Assembly (NCBI GenBank): GCA_041664945.1
Contig: JBAYJY010000003.1
Location: 8,415-72,414 of the forward strand
Direction of reading: 5' to 3'
Source: a bacterium
GTDB lineage: Bacteria > UBP15 > UBA6099
DNA: 64,000 nucleotides
In this document: positions 29,716-41,116 of the stretch, in pieces
How the letters are laid out: each line of letters opens with the position of its first letter
Numbering within the stretch: the first letter of the stretch is position 1
The notes under the pieces: model-generated
The model's input: the letters and a program-made list of their open reading frames with translations, nothing else
Told to the model about the DNA's origin: nothing
Database searches by the model: none
Program-made: the position numbers and the translations under genes

Positions 29716-32412
29716 TTACTTGCCATTCGCTCCGAGGAACGCCAACCGGTCCTTGATCTTCTTCAGATCCTCCATCATCCCGGCAAGTTTCGCGCGTTCT
29801 TTTTCAATTATTTCACGCGGCGCCTTTGAGATGAATTTCTCGTCGCCCAGCTTGTTTTCGCAATATTGAATATCGTTCAGCGCCTGCTTTTCTTTCTTCA
29901 TCAGGCGCGCAATCTCCTCTTCGGACATTTCCACTTCGTAATGAATGAATATTTCGACTCCCGCCGAGATCGCGGACATCGCCCGGACACCTTCTCCAAG
30001 CGGCTTCTCTACCGTAATCCCTTCGACAGCCGCCATGTCCGAGATGAAACCGGACGCCTCTTCAAGCGTCTTGATCTTTTCTTTGTCGCCATGCGTCAAC
30101 ATAGCGACCGCCACCTTCTTCGCCGGCGGAACCTTCAGCGCCGCTCTCACATCTCTTATTCCACGCACGATCTCCTGCAAAAATTCTATCCGGGCAACCG
30201 ACTCTTCGTCGCTCTTCCAGTCAACCTCCGGCCAGCCCGCTTCCAATATCGAATCTTCCGTGCCCGGCAGCGAGCTCCAGATTTCTTCCGTGATGAACGG
30301 AATGAACGGATGCAGCATCACGAGCGTTCCACGCAAAATGTGATGCAGGATCGCCTTCATCGCCGCCGCCGCTTCCGGTGTCGCCTCACGGATCGGCCGC
30401 TTCACCAGCTCAATATACCAGTCGCAGAAATCGTGCCAGAGGAAGCTGTAAACTCCTTGCGCCGCCTCGTTTAGATCGTAGCTTGCCATCAGGTCGCCGG
30501 TCTGCTTAATAACGGCTGAGTAACGGGCCAGAATCCAGCGGTCCTTCAGTTCCAAAACCGACTGGTCGAGCTCTTTGATGCTTTTCCTTGGCGCGTCCGG
30601 CGCCATCATCAGAATGAACCGCGCGGTGTTCCAAAGTTTGTTGCAGAAGTTGCGCCCGGTTTTGAAGCGGTCTTCTGAAACATTTACATCCTGCCCAAGC
30701 GAACCAAGATAAAGGAATGTGAAACGCATGGCATCCGCGCCGTAAATATCGATGATTTTCAGCGGGTCGATAACGTTGCCGGAGCTTTTGCTCATCTTTT
30801 TGCCGGTTTCGTCGCGCACGATCCCGTGGATAAAAACGTCCCGGAACGGCACGTCGCCGCCGAACTTCAGGCCGAAAAACATCATGCGCGCGACCCAGAA
30901 GAAAATGATATCGAAGCCGGTGACGAGCACGGAAGTCGGATAGTAGAGCTTCAGATCATCAGTCTTGTCCGGCCAGCCGAGAGTCGAGAGCGGCCACAAC
31001 CCGGAACTGAACCATGTGTCGAGCACGTCTTCCTGCATCGACAGATTTTCTGAATCGCACTTCGGGCACTTATGCAAGTCCTCGATAGAACTGGAACGGG
31101 TTCCGCAATCCTTGCAGTCCCAGACCGGAACGCGATGTCCCCACCAAAGCTGGCGAGAGATGCACCAGTCCCGGATATTTTCGAGCCAGTCAAGATAGAC
31201 CCCGGCCCATCGCTCGGGCACGAAGCGGGTCCGGCCGTCGCGCACCGCCTGCATCGCAGGAGCGGCCAGTTCCTTCATCTTCACGAACCACTGCAAGCTG
31301 ATGTAAGGTTCGACGGACACCGAGCAGCGGTAGCAATGGCCTACGGAATGCTTGTAAGGCTCCTGCTTGATGAACAGGCCGGCTGCCTTGAGGTCTTCAA
31401 TAATCTTCTTGCGGGCGACAAAGCGGTCCATACCTGCGTACGCCGGATAGTCGGCCGTGATATGGCCGTCTTCAGTGAGCATGACGTATTCCGGCAGACC
31501 GTGAGCGCGGCCTATCGTGAAGTCATTAGGATCGTGCGCGGGCGTAATCTTCAGAGCGCCGGTGCCGAATTCCATGTCGACGTATGTTTCGGTGATTATC
31601 GGTATCTCGCGGTTGACAAGCGGCAAAATGCAGATCTTGCCGTGCAAATGCGTGTAGCGTTCATCATTCGGATGGATGGCCACGGCGGCGTCGCCGAGCA
31701 GCGTCTCCGGGCGCGTGGTCGCGATCTCAAGGAACTCATCGCTGTCCTTGACAGGATACTTTATGTGATAGAAAAAAGAGTCCTCTTCGACGTACTCAAC
31801 CTCAATGTCGGACAACGCGGTTTTGCAGCGCGGGCACCAGTTGATGATGCGATAATCCTGATATATGAGCCCTTCGTCGAAAAGCTGCTTGAATGCGGTG
31901 CGAACGGCAAGCGAGCACTGAGCGTCGAGCGTGAACCGCTCGCGGGACCAATCCACCGAGGCGCCCATTTTTTCGAGCTGCCCTTTGATATTGTCATGAT
32001 ACTGGTTTTTCCACTCCCAGACGCGTTCGACGAACTTTTCGCGGCCGAGCGCGTGGCGGTCCGTGCCTTCCTCGCGCAGACGTTTTTCAACTACGTTCTG
32101 AGTCGCGATCCCGGCGTGGTCCATGCCCGGTATCCAGAGCGCGTCGCGGCCGTTCAGATGGTTGAAGCGCACGAGCGCATCCTGCAGCGTCGTGTTCAAC
32201 GCGTGCCCCATGTGAAGCGAGCCGGTGACGTTCGGCGGCGGAATGACTATGCAGAATTTCTCCGGCGATGCGCTCGGATGCTTCGAGAATATTTTGTTGT
32301 CTTCCCAGTATTTAATCCATTTGGGCTCGTAAGACGCCGGGTCGCAGCGCGAGCTTAACGGCTCGTCGGCGTCGGTGTTGTTTCCATTAGCTGATTTACT
32401 CTTGTCGGACAC
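29716..32412 (-). CDS. valS: Valine--tRNA ligase
   Basis: HIGH motif (PPPNVTGSLHMGHALN), KMSKS motif (KMSKSSGNVIDP), and a C-terminal coiled-coil. Size 898 aa. Confidence 0.95.
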   Translation of the reverse strand: MSDKSKSANGNNTDADEPLSSRCDPASYEPKWIKYWEDNKIFSKHPSASPEKFCIVIPPPNVTGSLHMGHALNTTLQDALVRFNHLNGRDALWIPGMDHAGIATQNVVEKRLREEGTDRHALGREKFVERVWEWKNQYHDNIKGQLEKMGASVDWSRERFTLDAQCSLAVRTAFKQLFDEGLIYQDYRIINWCPRCKTALSDIEVEYVEEDSFFYHIKYPVKDSDEFLEIATTRPETLLGDAAVAIHPNDERYTHLHGKICILPLVNREIPIITETYVDMEFGTGALKITPAHDPNDFTIGRAHGLPEYVMLTEDGHITADYPAYAGMDRFVARKKIIEDLKAAGLFIKQEPYKHSVGHCYRCSVSVEPYISLQWFVKMKELAAPAMQAVRDGRTRFVPERWAGVYLDWLENIRDWCISRQLWWGHRVPVWDCKDCGTRSSSIEDLHKCPKCDSENLSMQEDVLDTWFSSGLWPLSTLGWPDKTDDLKLYYPTSVLVTGFDIIFFWVARMMFFGLKFGGDVPFRDVFIHGIVRDETGKKMSKSSGNVIDPLKIIDIYGADAMRFTFLYLGSLGQDVNVSEDRFKTGRNFCNKLWNTARFILMMAPDAPRKSIKELDQSVLELKDRWILARYSAVIKQTGDLMASYDLNEAAQGVYSFLWHDFCDWYIELVKRPIREATPEAAAAMKAILHHILRGTLVMLHPFIPFITEEIWSSLPGTEDSILEAGWPEVDWKSDEESVARIEFLQEIVRGIRDVRAALKVPPAKKVAVAMLTHGDKEKIKTLEEASGFISDMAAVEGITVEKPLGEGVRAMSAISAGVEIFIHYEVEMSEEEIARLMKKEKQALNDIQYCENKLGDEKFISKAPREIIEKERAKLAGMMEDLKKIKDRLAFLGANGK

Positions 32413-32414
32413 TG

Positions 32415-34892
32415 CTATTTGCCTCCCTTAGATGCGTCGGACTTCTTTTTTTTACCCGGCGCCTGTTTCAACAGCGCGGCTTCGAGAACCTGTTCAGCCT
32501 TGGTCACGAAGATGACTTTCAACTGCCTGCGCACATGCGGCTGAATCTCCATGTAATCCTTTTCATTGTCTTCCGGCAGGATGACGGTTTCGATGCCTGC
32601 GCGGTGCGCGGCGAGCACTTTTTCCTTGATTCCGCCGACAGGCAGCACCTTGCCGCGCAGAGTGATCTCGCCGGTCATGGCGACGTTCCTATCGGCCGGC
32701 GTCTTTGTCAGCGCCGAAACAAGCGCGGTAGTCAGCGAAACTCCGGCTGACGGCCCGTCCTTCGGGATCGCGCCCTCGGGAACGTGCAGATGGATATCCG
32801 TCTTCTGGAAGAAATCCTTGTTCAGATTAAAATCATCCGCGCGCGATCGGGCGTAACTCAGAGCAGCCTGCGCAGACTCCTTCATCACGTCGCCCAGCAG
32901 GCCGGTGAGCGTAAGGCTGCCCTTGCCGGGCATCAGAGTCGCTTCGATGTTCAATATCTCGCCGCCGGCCTGCGTCCACGCCATTCCGGTGGCCACGCCG
33001 ATCTCGTCTTTTTCCGCTATGTGCCCGTACCTGTATTTCGGGCGTCCCAGATATTTGCTCAGATTTTTGCGCGTGATCGTCGCGCAGATTATCTCTTCCT
33101 TCTCTCCGTTTTTCTTCTTGGCTTTCTTTTTGCCGGTTTTCTTCTCTTCTTCCATTTCCTCTTTTTGTTGCGTTTCAACAACACACGTCGCGTGCTTGCG
33201 GCAAAGCTGCGCAATCTCGCGTTCGAGGCTTCGCACGCCTGACTCGCGCGTATACCGCCGGATGATCTCCAGCAGCACGCCGTCAGACATGCTTATAGCT
33301 TCCGGCGTCAGGCCGTGCTTTTCGACCTGCTTCGGAATCAAATGTATCTTAGCGATGTTCAACTTCTCCTCTTCCGTGTAGCTCGTCATCTGGATTGTTT
33401 CCATGCGGTCGAGCAGCGGCGCCGGTATCGGCTGCGCGAGGTTGGCTGTGCAGATGAACATTACGCCGGAGAGGTCGTATGGAATTTCGAGATAGTGGTC
33501 CACGAACTCATGGTTGATCTCCGGATCCAGAACTTCAAGCAGAGCCGCCGACGGATCGCCGCGAAAGTCCGTGCTCATCTTGTCAACTTCGTCCAGAAGG
33601 AACACCGGGTTAGCGGTCGAAGCCTTCTTCATCTGCTGAAGAATGCGGCCGGGCATCGAACCGATGTAAGTGCGCCGGTGGCCGCGGATTTCTGCTTCGT
33701 CACGCACTCCGCCGAGCGACGCGCGAATGTACTTTCGATCCAACGCGCGCGCGATGGATTTTCCCAGAGACGTCTTGCCCGTCCCCGGCGGCCCGACCAG
33801 ACACAGAATCACGCTCTGCTTTTTTTCGCCGCGCAGCTTCTGCACAGCGAGGTATTCAACAATGCGTTCCTTAACCTTGTCGAGCCCGTAGTGGTCTTCG
33901 TCCAGCACCTTCTTCACGCGCTCGATAACAAGGTTTTCCTTGGTGCTTTTCGTCCAAGGCAGGTCCAGCACCCAGTCAATATAGTTTCGAACCACAACCG
34001 CTTCGGCAGTCCCCGGCGGCATTTTCGACAGCCGCTTCATCTCCGCCTCAACTTTTTCCTTTGCGTGCTCCGGAAGCTTCGCCTTCTTCAGCCGCTCCCT
34101 TATCTCAAGTATCTCTTCGTTTTTCTCCTCTGAATCCCCAAGCTCCTTGTGAATCGCCTTCAACTGTTCCTTCAGAAAATATTCCTTCTGCGTCTGCTCG
34201 ATCTGCCTCTTAACCTGACTCTGGATTTTCTTCTGAACATCAAGAATCTCCAACTCCTCATCGAGCATAGCCGAAAGCTCCATCAGGCGCTCCTGCGGTG
34301 TGAACGCTTCGAGAATCCTCTGCTTCATTTCGACCTTAAGGACGAGCTGCGAGCCTATCAGGTCGGCCAGCCGGCCGGGTTCCTCGACGGTCGACGCGGT
34401 TGTGTACGCCTCCGGAGGCAGGTTGCGCGTCGCGCGCACATACTTGTCGAACTTGCTGAGCGCCTCGCGCATCATCGCTTCCGTCTCGATTGTCTTTGTT
34501 TCAATTTCGTCAAATCTCTCGCATCGCACCGCGAAGTAATCGTCAGTGACAAGATATTCGAGTATTTTGACCCTGTGCGTGCCTTCGATCAGCACTTTAA
34601 TCGTGCCGTCGGGCAACTTGATGATGTTCAGCGCCTCGCAAAGCGTTCCGACATCGAACAGATCATCCGGCTCCGGGTCCTCGATCGCGGGATGCTTCTG
34701 CGCAGTGACAATGATCTTCCGGTCATCCATCATAGCCTCTTCGAGCGCCTTGATGGATTTGCCGCGCCCTATGAAAAGAGGCACGATCATGTGCGGATAG
34801 ATCACGATGTCGCGCAGAGGCACCAGCGGGTAATTCAAAACGTTGCCCGGCATTTCCACCGGTTCGTCGCTTAATGGGTTGTATTGTGCCAC
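32415..34892 (-). CDS. lon: ATP-dependent Lon protease (La)
   Basis: LON N-domain, AAA+ Walker A GPPGTGKTS, and the S16 catalytic Ser motif (PKDGPSAGVSLTTALVSALT) plus Lys. Size 825 aa. Confidence 0.95.
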   Translation of the reverse strand: MAQYNPLSDEPVEMPGNVLNYPLVPLRDIVIYPHMIVPLFIGRGKSIKALEEAMMDDRKIIVTAQKHPAIEDPEPDDLFDVGTLCEALNIIKLPDGTIKVLIEGTHRVKILEYLVTDDYFAVRCERFDEIETKTIETEAMMREALSKFDKYVRATRNLPPEAYTTASTVEEPGRLADLIGSQLVLKVEMKQRILEAFTPQERLMELSAMLDEELEILDVQKKIQSQVKRQIEQTQKEYFLKEQLKAIHKELGDSEEKNEEILEIRERLKKAKLPEHAKEKVEAEMKRLSKMPPGTAEAVVVRNYIDWVLDLPWTKSTKENLVIERVKKVLDEDHYGLDKVKERIVEYLAVQKLRGEKKQSVILCLVGPPGTGKTSLGKSIARALDRKYIRASLGGVRDEAEIRGHRRTYIGSMPGRILQQMKKASTANPVFLLDEVDKMSTDFRGDPSAALLEVLDPEINHEFVDHYLEIPYDLSGVMFICTANLAQPIPAPLLDRMETIQMTSYTEEEKLNIAKIHLIPKQVEKHGLTPEAISMSDGVLLEIIRRYTRESGVRSLEREIAQLCRKHATCVVETQQKEEMEEEKKTGKKKAKKKNGEKEEIICATITRKNLSKYLGRPKYRYGHIAEKDEIGVATGMAWTQAGGEILNIEATLMPGKGSLTLTGLLGDVMKESAQAALSYARSRADDFNLNKDFFQKTDIHLHVPEGAIPKDGPSAGVSLTTALVSALTKTPADRNVAMTGEITLRGKVLPVGGIKEKVLAAHRAGIETVILPEDNEKDYMEIQPHVRRQLKVIFVTKAEQVLEAALLKQAPGKKKKSDASKGGK

Positions 34893-35194
34893 AGTTATAT
34901 CACCTCAACAAATTAATATACCCTATTAATATACATCATACAACTTTAATGTCGAAAAACCATGTATTTCGAGCCTATCTGGCTTCTAAATGCCTGCATC
35001 AGGAAAAGAAAAGGCCCTATCGTCCTTGTTATTAAGAAGATAGAGCTTGTAGCTCTTTAAGGCTGGTTCAGCTAACTATTTCGGGTTAATAACAATGAGA
35101 AGCTTTTGAAGAAATTCGTTTTCGCAGTTTATTAAAAACATCAAACCGGCATTGTCGCGAAGGCGCGACAAAAGCCGATGTACGGCGCTTGAAT

Positions 35195-36754
35195 TCACGT
35201 CGTTCGAGTCGCAGAATCAGATGCGAGTTCCGGCCAGATGCGTAACAGACGGGTTCCGGCGAATGCAAAAACCGCGAGGAAGCATAAAGCCATCGCCGCA
35301 TAAGCGGCGCGCCGTTTGCCTTGCCCGGCGGACTCCCGCCATTTGGCGTAAATCCAATAGTTAGGCTTTAAAAAGCTCTGGATTTTCTTGTATCGCGCCG
35401 GATCGCCGCTCGGGTTCATGGAAACCGGGTTGCGGCCGTTAAGCATCATCTCGATGGCTTCGACATGAGCGCGGATGGGAGACAGCTTCGCCTGGAAATG
35501 GTCCGAAGCCATAGACCCCGTGCTGTTGCCGGGAGTTGTATAGATAGTCACCGCGACGTCTTTAAAGTTTACGCTCATGCCGATCAATTGAACCAATACC
35601 GATACAACAGCGATGAAAATGAGGGCTCCGCCGGCGGCGGGCCGGGCGCGTTTAGCGACTATATCGCCAATCAGCAACGCTATCGGGAGAAACATCCACG
35701 GTATGGTCGGGATGAGATACCGCGGACCCCAGCTCAGGTCTCCGCCCCACAAATTCCACCGCGACACAATGAGCAACAGCGCTCCCGGAACCAGCGCCGC
35801 AGACGCCATCAGCCACATGTTGCGCCTGTAAAACAGCGCCCACGCCGCGACGGCGGCCACAAAGAGCGGAAAGAAAAACACTATTCCCTTTCCCGGACTC
35901 ACCAATAATCCGATAAAGCCGGTGAACAGCGCGGTGGAAAAGGTTTCGTTATAGCCGAATGATAAAGGATTGCCGAAACGGTAATAGTTGTAGACTCCCA
36001 AAAGAACGCAGCCTAAGAACGGCGCAATGCCGAATAGGACAGTATTGCGAACAAAAGCGCCCCTATGCCGAAAAAGAAGAAGGGCCAGAAAAACAGGCCC
36101 GAGAAAAACGGTTTCAAACCTGCTTAGAAAACCGAGCGTAAAGAAAGCGCCTGCTGCAAGGGACAGGCGCGATGTCCATTTCTCCGTGGGCGTCACGAGG
36201 CAGAACATCACGCCGACGAAAGCAAAACCGCTGAGGGGCTCGGCGAAGAAAGTGCGCGAATACGGCCATACCGGCGAGGCAAACGCCATCAGCAGCGCAG
36301 CCAATAAAGCGCCCGCGGGCGCCAGCCCGAACCTAACGAGCGCGAGAAAAAACAGGGCGATTTCCGCTCCCGAAACGGCGGAGTTAAAAAACGACGTTAT
36401 GAATCCGCCGCTCATGCTGATTCCGCTGACTTTTTCAACTATCCGCGAAACTGCATACAGCGGGATCGCGAGCGCTGAACCGGCAGGCCCATACTTGCTG
36501 AATGTCTTTCCACCCCGTCCGGGAATGCTGCCGTTCGGCACGGTTATAGTGTGTTTGTCCACGATGTTTGCGGTGAGCATAAAGCGGCTGTTTTCGTCAA
36601 TAACGGAAAATCTGCCCGATGCTGTGAACGCGAAAATGGCTGATGTCATCAGAAACAACCAGACAGCGGCGGTTTTTATCCGCCGTTCCGTGGAACTGAC
36701 ATTCATAGCTGTTGTTTCAGAATGTTTCATTTTGTTTGCGGCTTCATTTGGCAT
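35195..36754 (-). CDS. Polytopic membrane glycosyltransferase, GT-C fold (ArnT/PMT-like, GT39/83-like)
   Basis: About 12 predicted TM helices. The first extracytoplasmic loop carries an acidic motif (VIDENSRF). Overall architecture is that of ArnT/PMT-type GT-C enzymes. No exact family could be assigned. Confidence 0.45.
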   Translation of the reverse strand: MPNEAANKMKHSETTAMNVSSTERRIKTAAVWLFLMTSAIFAFTASGRFSVIDENSRFMLTANIVDKHTITVPNGSIPGRGGKTFSKYGPAGSALAIPLYAVSRIVEKVSGISMSGGFITSFFNSAVSGAEIALFFLALVRFGLAPAGALLAALLMAFASPVWPYSRTFFAEPLSGFAFVGVMFCLVTPTEKWTSRLSLAAGAFFTLGFLSRFETVFLGPVFLALLLFRHRGAFVRNTVLFGIAPFLGCVLLGVYNYYRFGNPLSFGYNETFSTALFTGFIGLLVSPGKGIVFFFPLFVAAVAAWALFYRRNMWLMASAALVPGALLLIVSRWNLWGGDLSWGPRYLIPTIPWMFLPIALLIGDIVAKRARPAAGGALIFIAVVSVLVQLIGMSVNFKDVAVTIYTTPGNSTGSMASDHFQAKLSPIRAHVEAIEMMLNGRNPVSMNPSGDPARYKKIQSFLKPNYWIYAKWRESAGQGKRRAAYAAMALCFLAVFAFAGTRLLRIWPELASDSATRTT

Positions 36755-36956
36755 TAGACATGAACCGCAAATACTCCTTGTATGAACCCGGATTCGTCAA
36801 AAAACAGCGGATTCGACTTGAAGGCATCTCATTCTAATCTCGCTCGCGAGGAAAATCAAGAATCTGCGGTCCGCGCATATAATGCCAACGGATTAAACGC
36901 CGAAACTCGCTAGTCCGATAACCCAAAGCGCGCAACATACTGAACTCCGCGCCGAA

Positions 36957-36998
36957 TTAAAAAAGGCGGCTATTAGACCGCCCTTTTCGTTTTTTTGG
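36957..36998 (-). terminator. Rho-independent terminator downstream of clpX (symmetric A-run/hairpin/T-run)
   Basis: aaaaaGGCGGctattagaCCGCCcttttcgttttttt. On the minus strand it reads as a hairpin followed by a T-run, 50 nt after the clpX stop. Confidence 0.6.
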
Positions 36999-37047
36999 AG
37001 AGACCGGTTTTGCTTGATCGCAACGCCGGACGCAATGGCAAAAAGCC

Positions 37048-38334
37048 TCAGCAGGCGTTTTCCTTGAACTGGAATTCCTCGCCGTCTTCATTCAGGAACG
37101 AGAGGAGCGAGAATTCGCCTTCGCTCTCGACGTGTTTCTCGTCGATGATGCACTTCTTGATCGCCGGCTGAGACGGCAGCTCGAACATGAGATCGAGCAT
37201 GAGCATCTCAAGAATCGAGCGAAGGCCGCGCGCGCCGGTTTTGCGTTTCTTGGCTCGCTTTGAGATCGAGCGGAGCGCATCCTGCGTAAAATTGAGTTCC
37301 ACGTTGTCGAGCTGGAACAATTTTTTATATTGTTTGATGAGCGCATTTTTAGGCTCGACGAGAATCCGGACGAGCGAGTCTTCATCAAGCGGTTCAAGAG
37401 TCGCGATGACCGGCAGCCTGCCGATCAGTTCCGGGATCAGCCCGTAGTGGAGCAGGTCTTCCGGAAGAGTCATTCGGAGCGTTTCGCCGATGGCGCGTTC
37501 GTTTTTATCGACTTTTTCGGCGCGGAAGCCCATGATCTGGCGTCCGACGCGGTTGTTGATGATGTCGACCAATCCGTCGAAAGCGCCGCCGCATATAAAA
37601 AGGATGTTCGTCGTGTCGATCTGAATGAAGTCCTGATTCGGGTGCTTGCGCCCGCCCTGAGGCGGCACGTTAGCGACAGTGCCCTCGATAATCTTTAAGA
37701 GCGCCTGCTGCACGCCCTCGCCGGAGACATCCCGGGTTATCGAAGGATTCTCTGTCTTGCGCGCGATCTTGTCCACCTCGTCGAGATAGACGATTCCGCG
37801 GCTGGCTTTTTTGATGTCGTAATCGGCGGCCTGAATGAGCCGGAGCAGAATGTTTTCGACATCCTCGCCCACATAGCCGGCTTCCGTCAGCGAAGTGGCG
37901 TCCGCGATGGCGAACGGAACGTCGAGCATCTTCGCAAGAGTCTGCGCCAGCAGCGTTTTGCCGACGCCTGTCGGCCCGATCATCAGAATATTGCTTTTCT
38001 GAATGTCAACATCGCCGCCTTTGATCGCCTCGGCGGCGTTGATTCGCTTGTAGTGGTTGTATATGGCTACAGCGAGAATTTTTTTCGCATATTCCTGCCC
38101 GATGACATAATCGTTAAGGAATGTGAGAATTTCTTTCGGTTTGGGAAGCGCCTGAAAATCGAACTCTACCTCTGACGGCTTATAGAGTTCTTCCTCTATT
38201 ATCTCGTTGCAGAGATCGATACATTCTTCGCAGATGTATACGCCGGGGCCGGCCACGAGTTTCTTGACCTGCTCCTGGCTTTTACCGCAGAATGAACAGC
38301 GCAGCTTTCCTTTGTCGTCGGTGAACTTGAACAT
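37048..38334 (-). CDS. clpX: ATP-dependent Clp protease ATP-binding subunit ClpX
   Basis: N-terminal zinc-binding domain ([30 protein letters not shown]), Walker A GPTGVGKT, 428 aa. Conserved clpP-clpX-lon order. Confidence 0.95.
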   Translation of the reverse strand: MFKFTDDKGKLRCSFCGKSQEQVKKLVAGPGVYICEECIDLCNEIIEEELYKPSEVEFDFQALPKPKEILTFLNDYVIGQEYAKKILAVAIYNHYKRINAAEAIKGGDVDIQKSNILMIGPTGVGKTLLAQTLAKMLDVPFAIADATSLTEAGYVGEDVENILLRLIQAADYDIKKASRGIVYLDEVDKIARKTENPSITRDVSGEGVQQALLKIIEGTVANVPPQGGRKHPNQDFIQIDTTNILFICGGAFDGLVDIINNRVGRQIMGFRAEKVDKNERAIGETLRMTLPEDLLHYGLIPELIGRLPVIATLEPLDEDSLVRILVEPKNALIKQYKKLFQLDNVELNFTQDALRSISKRAKKRKTGARGLRSILEMLMLDLMFELPSQPAIKKCIIDEKHVESEGEFSLLSFLNEDGEEFQFKENAC

Positions 38335-38516
38335 TTCTCCTCCGTTGCGCTACTTATTCCCTCGATGGTTTCCTGTTATCCCCTGCGCTGGCGGGATTCG
38401 GGGCCGTCTCTCTCAAGCAATTTCGAGTGTGGCGCCGCTTCGATCCCCGTCCTTAATATTTAATGTCTATTATAAGACTTAAATTCATTTCCGGACTTTT
38501 CCGGAGAATTAAATAA

Positions 38517-39104
38517 TTATCTCGTTCCGGGCTTCAGAATCTGGTCGATCAGCCCGTATGCCAAGGCGTCGTCCGGCGAAAGGAATCTGTCGCGTTCGGT
38601 GTCCGCGCGAACCTCGTCGGCCGTCTTGCCGGTGTGGAGCGCGATAATCTCATTGAGGCGAGCCTTGATTTTCAGAATTTCGTTGGCGTGAATTTCGATA
38701 TCGGTCGCCTGCCCCTCGAAACCGGCGGAGACCTGATGGATGAGAATTCTGGAATTCGGGAGCGCGTAGCGCTTGCCTTTTGCGCCGGCGCAGAGCAGGA
38801 AGGCTCCCATGCTGGCGGCCTGTCCGATACATATTGTGGAAATGTCCGGCTTGAGGATCTGCATCGCGTCGTATATCGCAAGTCCTGCTGTCACCGACCC
38901 GCCCGGGGAGTTGATGTAAAGATCGATGTCTTTCGTGCTGTCCTCTTTTTCGAGGAACAGAAGCTGCGCGATAACAAGGTTCGCGATATCGTCATTGATC
39001 GGCGTGCCGATAAAAACAATGCGGTCTTTCAGAAGTCGTGAATAGATGTCATACGACCGCTCGCCGCGGTTGGTTTGTTCGACAACAATCGGTATCAGTG
39101 TCAT
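38517..39104 (-). CDS. clpP: ATP-dependent Clp protease proteolytic subunit ClpP
   Basis: Catalytic Ser block ([16 protein letters not shown]) and His block ([13 protein letters not shown]). Size 195 aa. Confidence 0.95.
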   Translation of the reverse strand: MTLIPIVVEQTNRGERSYDIYSRLLKDRIVFIGTPINDDIANLVIAQLLFLEKEDSTKDIDLYINSPGGSVTAGLAIYDAMQILKPDISTICIGQAASMGAFLLCAGAKGKRYALPNSRILIHQVSAGFEGQATDIEIHANEILKIKARLNEIIALHTGKTADEVRADTERDRFLSPDDALAYGLIDQILKPGTR

Positions 39105-39117
39105 TAAATACTGCCTC

Positions 39118-40512
39118 TCATTCCTCGGCCTTTGCTTCGGCCGCGCTTTCTTCTATATTAACATTATCCGTTTTAGTTTCCAGTTTTTGTTCAACGGCCT
39201 CTTCCGGGTCGTCGACAAACTTCACGCGGCTTCGCAGGAATCGCATGACTTTCGTCTCGCGAACCTGATCGCGGATCATCATGAGAAACATGCGGTTGCG
39301 GATCATTTTCTTCAGTTCTGTCGGCGTCATGTTGTAGCGGCGGGCGTAAAGCTGCAGAGCCATCTCGAGCTCGGCGCGCGCTATTTCCATTTTCTCGTTC
39401 GCGAAAATTCGGTTGAAAACAATGCGCTGTTTGACAGCCATCCGCGAGTCGTGGTATTCATCTTCCTGAATGTCATCGATGGTCTTGCCCTGATGCGCGG
39501 CCCAGTCCTCGAGCGAACTGCCCTGCTGTTCGAGCATTCCTCTCATCTGGTCCAGCCTCGTCTCAATCTCTTCCATGACCAGCTTGCGCGGCACTTCGAG
39601 ATGCGTGCCGTCGAGCGTCTTCTTGATCATGTTCTGCTTGACTTCTTCCTCGTGCTGAGAATGCTTGTAAAGCGTGAGCCGCTTTTTGACATCCGCGCGG
39701 AACGCTTCGATGTCCGCGAAGTCGCCGGCTTTTTTCAGGAACTCCTCATTGATTTCGGGAATAAGACGGCGTTCGATTTTATTGCACTTAACCGATATCT
39801 CCGCTTTTTTGCCGGCGAGGTCCGGGTTCTGATAGTTTTCGGGATAGGGTACCGAGAATTGCTTTTCGTCGCCGGGCTTCAGGCCCGTGAGGTTCTTTTC
39901 GATGTCGGGCAGCAGTTCGCTGTCGCCGAGAGTGACGACGAGGTCTTTTTTCTCGTCTGCCGGGGCATCTTCGCCCTCCATGACGATTTTATAATCGAGA
40001 GTGACTCGATCGTTTTCCGCGCAGCCGCGATCTTCAACAAGCGGAACGAACTCGGCCGCGTTCTTTCTTAAGTGGTCGATCGCCTCGTCGATCTCGGTGT
40101 CCATAACGATAATATCGCGCTTCATGTCAACCGGGATCATCGAATAGTCGAACATCTCGTATTCCGGAAGAACTTGGAGCTTGACTTTAACGCTCATGGG
40201 CTCGCCGGCGACGAGCGTCGGAAACGGATCGAACTCCGGTTCGTCGATAGGAACGACAGTCGACTGCTCGATCGCGTTCTCGTAGACTTCCGGGAGCAGA
40301 TCCTGAAGCGCCTGAGAGGCGATGCCTTCCTCGCCCACCATGTTCTTAATGACATCACGCGGGACTTTGCCGGGGCGGAAACCCTTGATGTTCTGGCCCG
40401 ACGAGATCTGCTGGTAAACCTTATGCACGGCCTTGTCCACCATATCCGTGGGGACCGTGATAACGAGTTCCATGTTTTCGGCGTCAATGCGGTTCGTTGT
40501 TACTTCGATCAT
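39118..40512 (-). CDS. tig: Trigger factor
   Basis: N-terminal ribosome-binding signature GFRPGKVP, a central PPIase-like domain, and a C-terminal acidic tail. Start set at ATG 40512, which has a GGAG RBS; a longer ORF extends to 40641. Confidence 0.9.
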   Translation of the reverse strand: MIEVTTNRIDAENMELVITVPTDMVDKAVHKVYQQISSGQNIKGFRPGKVPRDVIKNMVGEEGIASQALQDLLPEVYENAIEQSTVVPIDEPEFDPFPTLVAGEPMSVKVKLQVLPEYEMFDYSMIPVDMKRDIIVMDTEIDEAIDHLRKNAAEFVPLVEDRGCAENDRVTLDYKIVMEGEDAPADEKKDLVVTLGDSELLPDIEKNLTGLKPGDEKQFSVPYPENYQNPDLAGKKAEISVKCNKIERRLIPEINEEFLKKAGDFADIEAFRADVKKRLTLYKHSQHEEEVKQNMIKKTLDGTHLEVPRKLVMEEIETRLDQMRGMLEQQGSSLEDWAAHQGKTIDDIQEDEYHDSRMAVKQRIVFNRIFANEKMEIARAELEMALQLYARRYNMTPTELKKMIRNRMFLMMIRDQVRETKVMRFLRSRVKFVDDPEEAVEQKLETKTDNVNIEESAAEAKAEE

Positions 40513-40671
40513 ACTTTTTTCTCCGAATTCTTCACCGGAGACAATCTTAAACTGAACTCCGGCGCCTGATTTTTGATTTGAGAGAATGTCTGCCGTCTCT
40601 GAAATGCGGCCCTGAAAAGATGTGGGCGTGGTCCAAAACATCTAACGAGAACAACAGGCCCCAAAAAAAAG

Positions 40672-40743
40672 AGCGGGAGACGGGATTTGAACCCGCGACC
40701 CCTGCCTTGGCAAGGCAGTGCTCTACCGCTGAGCTACTCCCGC
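40672..40743 (-). tRNA. tRNA-Gly (anticodon GCC)
   Basis: Hand-folded cloverleaf: acceptor GCGGGAG/CTCCCGC, anticodon stem CTGCC/GGCAG with loop TTGCCAA, T-loop TTCAAAT, discriminator U. CCA is not encoded. Confidence 0.85.
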
Positions 40744-40809
40744 GTTTCTTTACAGCCATTTATCCGCCGAACCGGCGGCGCTTTCCCCATCCAGCCGCGC
40801 CGCGCCCTC

Positions 40810-40893
40810 TTGGGCGAGGAGAGACTTGAACTCTCACGGGGATACCCCACCAGATCCTAAGTCTGGCGCGTCTACCAGTTCCGCCACTCACCC
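40810..40893 (-). tRNA. tRNA-Leu (anticodon TAG), class II with long variable arm
   Basis: Acceptor GGGTGAG/CTCGCCC, anticodon stem CCAGA/TCTGG with loop CTTAGGA, variable arm GGGGtatCCCC, T-arm GAGAG-TTCAAGT-CTCTC, discriminator A. Confidence 0.75.
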
Positions 40894-40908
40894 TCGCTTG
40901 CCAAACTT

Positions 40909-40981
40909 TGGGTCGTACAGGAGTCGAACCTGTGACCTTGGGATTAAGAGTCCCCTGCTCTACCAGCTGAGCTAACGACCC
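40909..40981 (-). tRNA. tRNA-Lys (anticodon CTT)
   Basis: Acceptor GGGTCGT/ACGACCC, D-arm GCTCAGCTGGTAGAGC, anticodon loop CTCTTAA, T-arm ACAGG-TTCGACT-CCTGT, discriminator A. Closely similar to canonical bacterial tRNA-Lys. Confidence 0.85.
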
Positions 40982-41116
40982 CGGTCGCCGGTTGACTTAT
41001 CCTGCCGACGCATCTTTGTATTATAACAACACGTCCCAAAAAAATCAGCCGGAAAAAAATATTTCTGCGGCCCGCTCTCGCGAGGCCCCGCCAGCCGCCG
41101 TTCCGACTGCGCTATT

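Noticed and set aside
31072-32358. 428-aa ORF antisense to valS; similar long antisense ORFs occur inside lon (33315-34133), tig (39046-40071), clpC (52972-54183), cimA (58623-59762) and ftsH (22658-23440)
   Set aside because: All lie opposite unmistakable conserved genes. They have Arg/Ala/Val-biased low-complexity composition, no RBS or recognisable motifs. They are classic high-GC shadow ORFs.
39118-40641. Longer trigger factor ORF starting at 40641 (507 aa)
   Set aside because: The extra 43 N-terminal residues have no counterpart in trigger factors. The ATG at 40512 has a GGAG RBS and aligns with the canonical TF N-terminus, so the shorter call is preferred.
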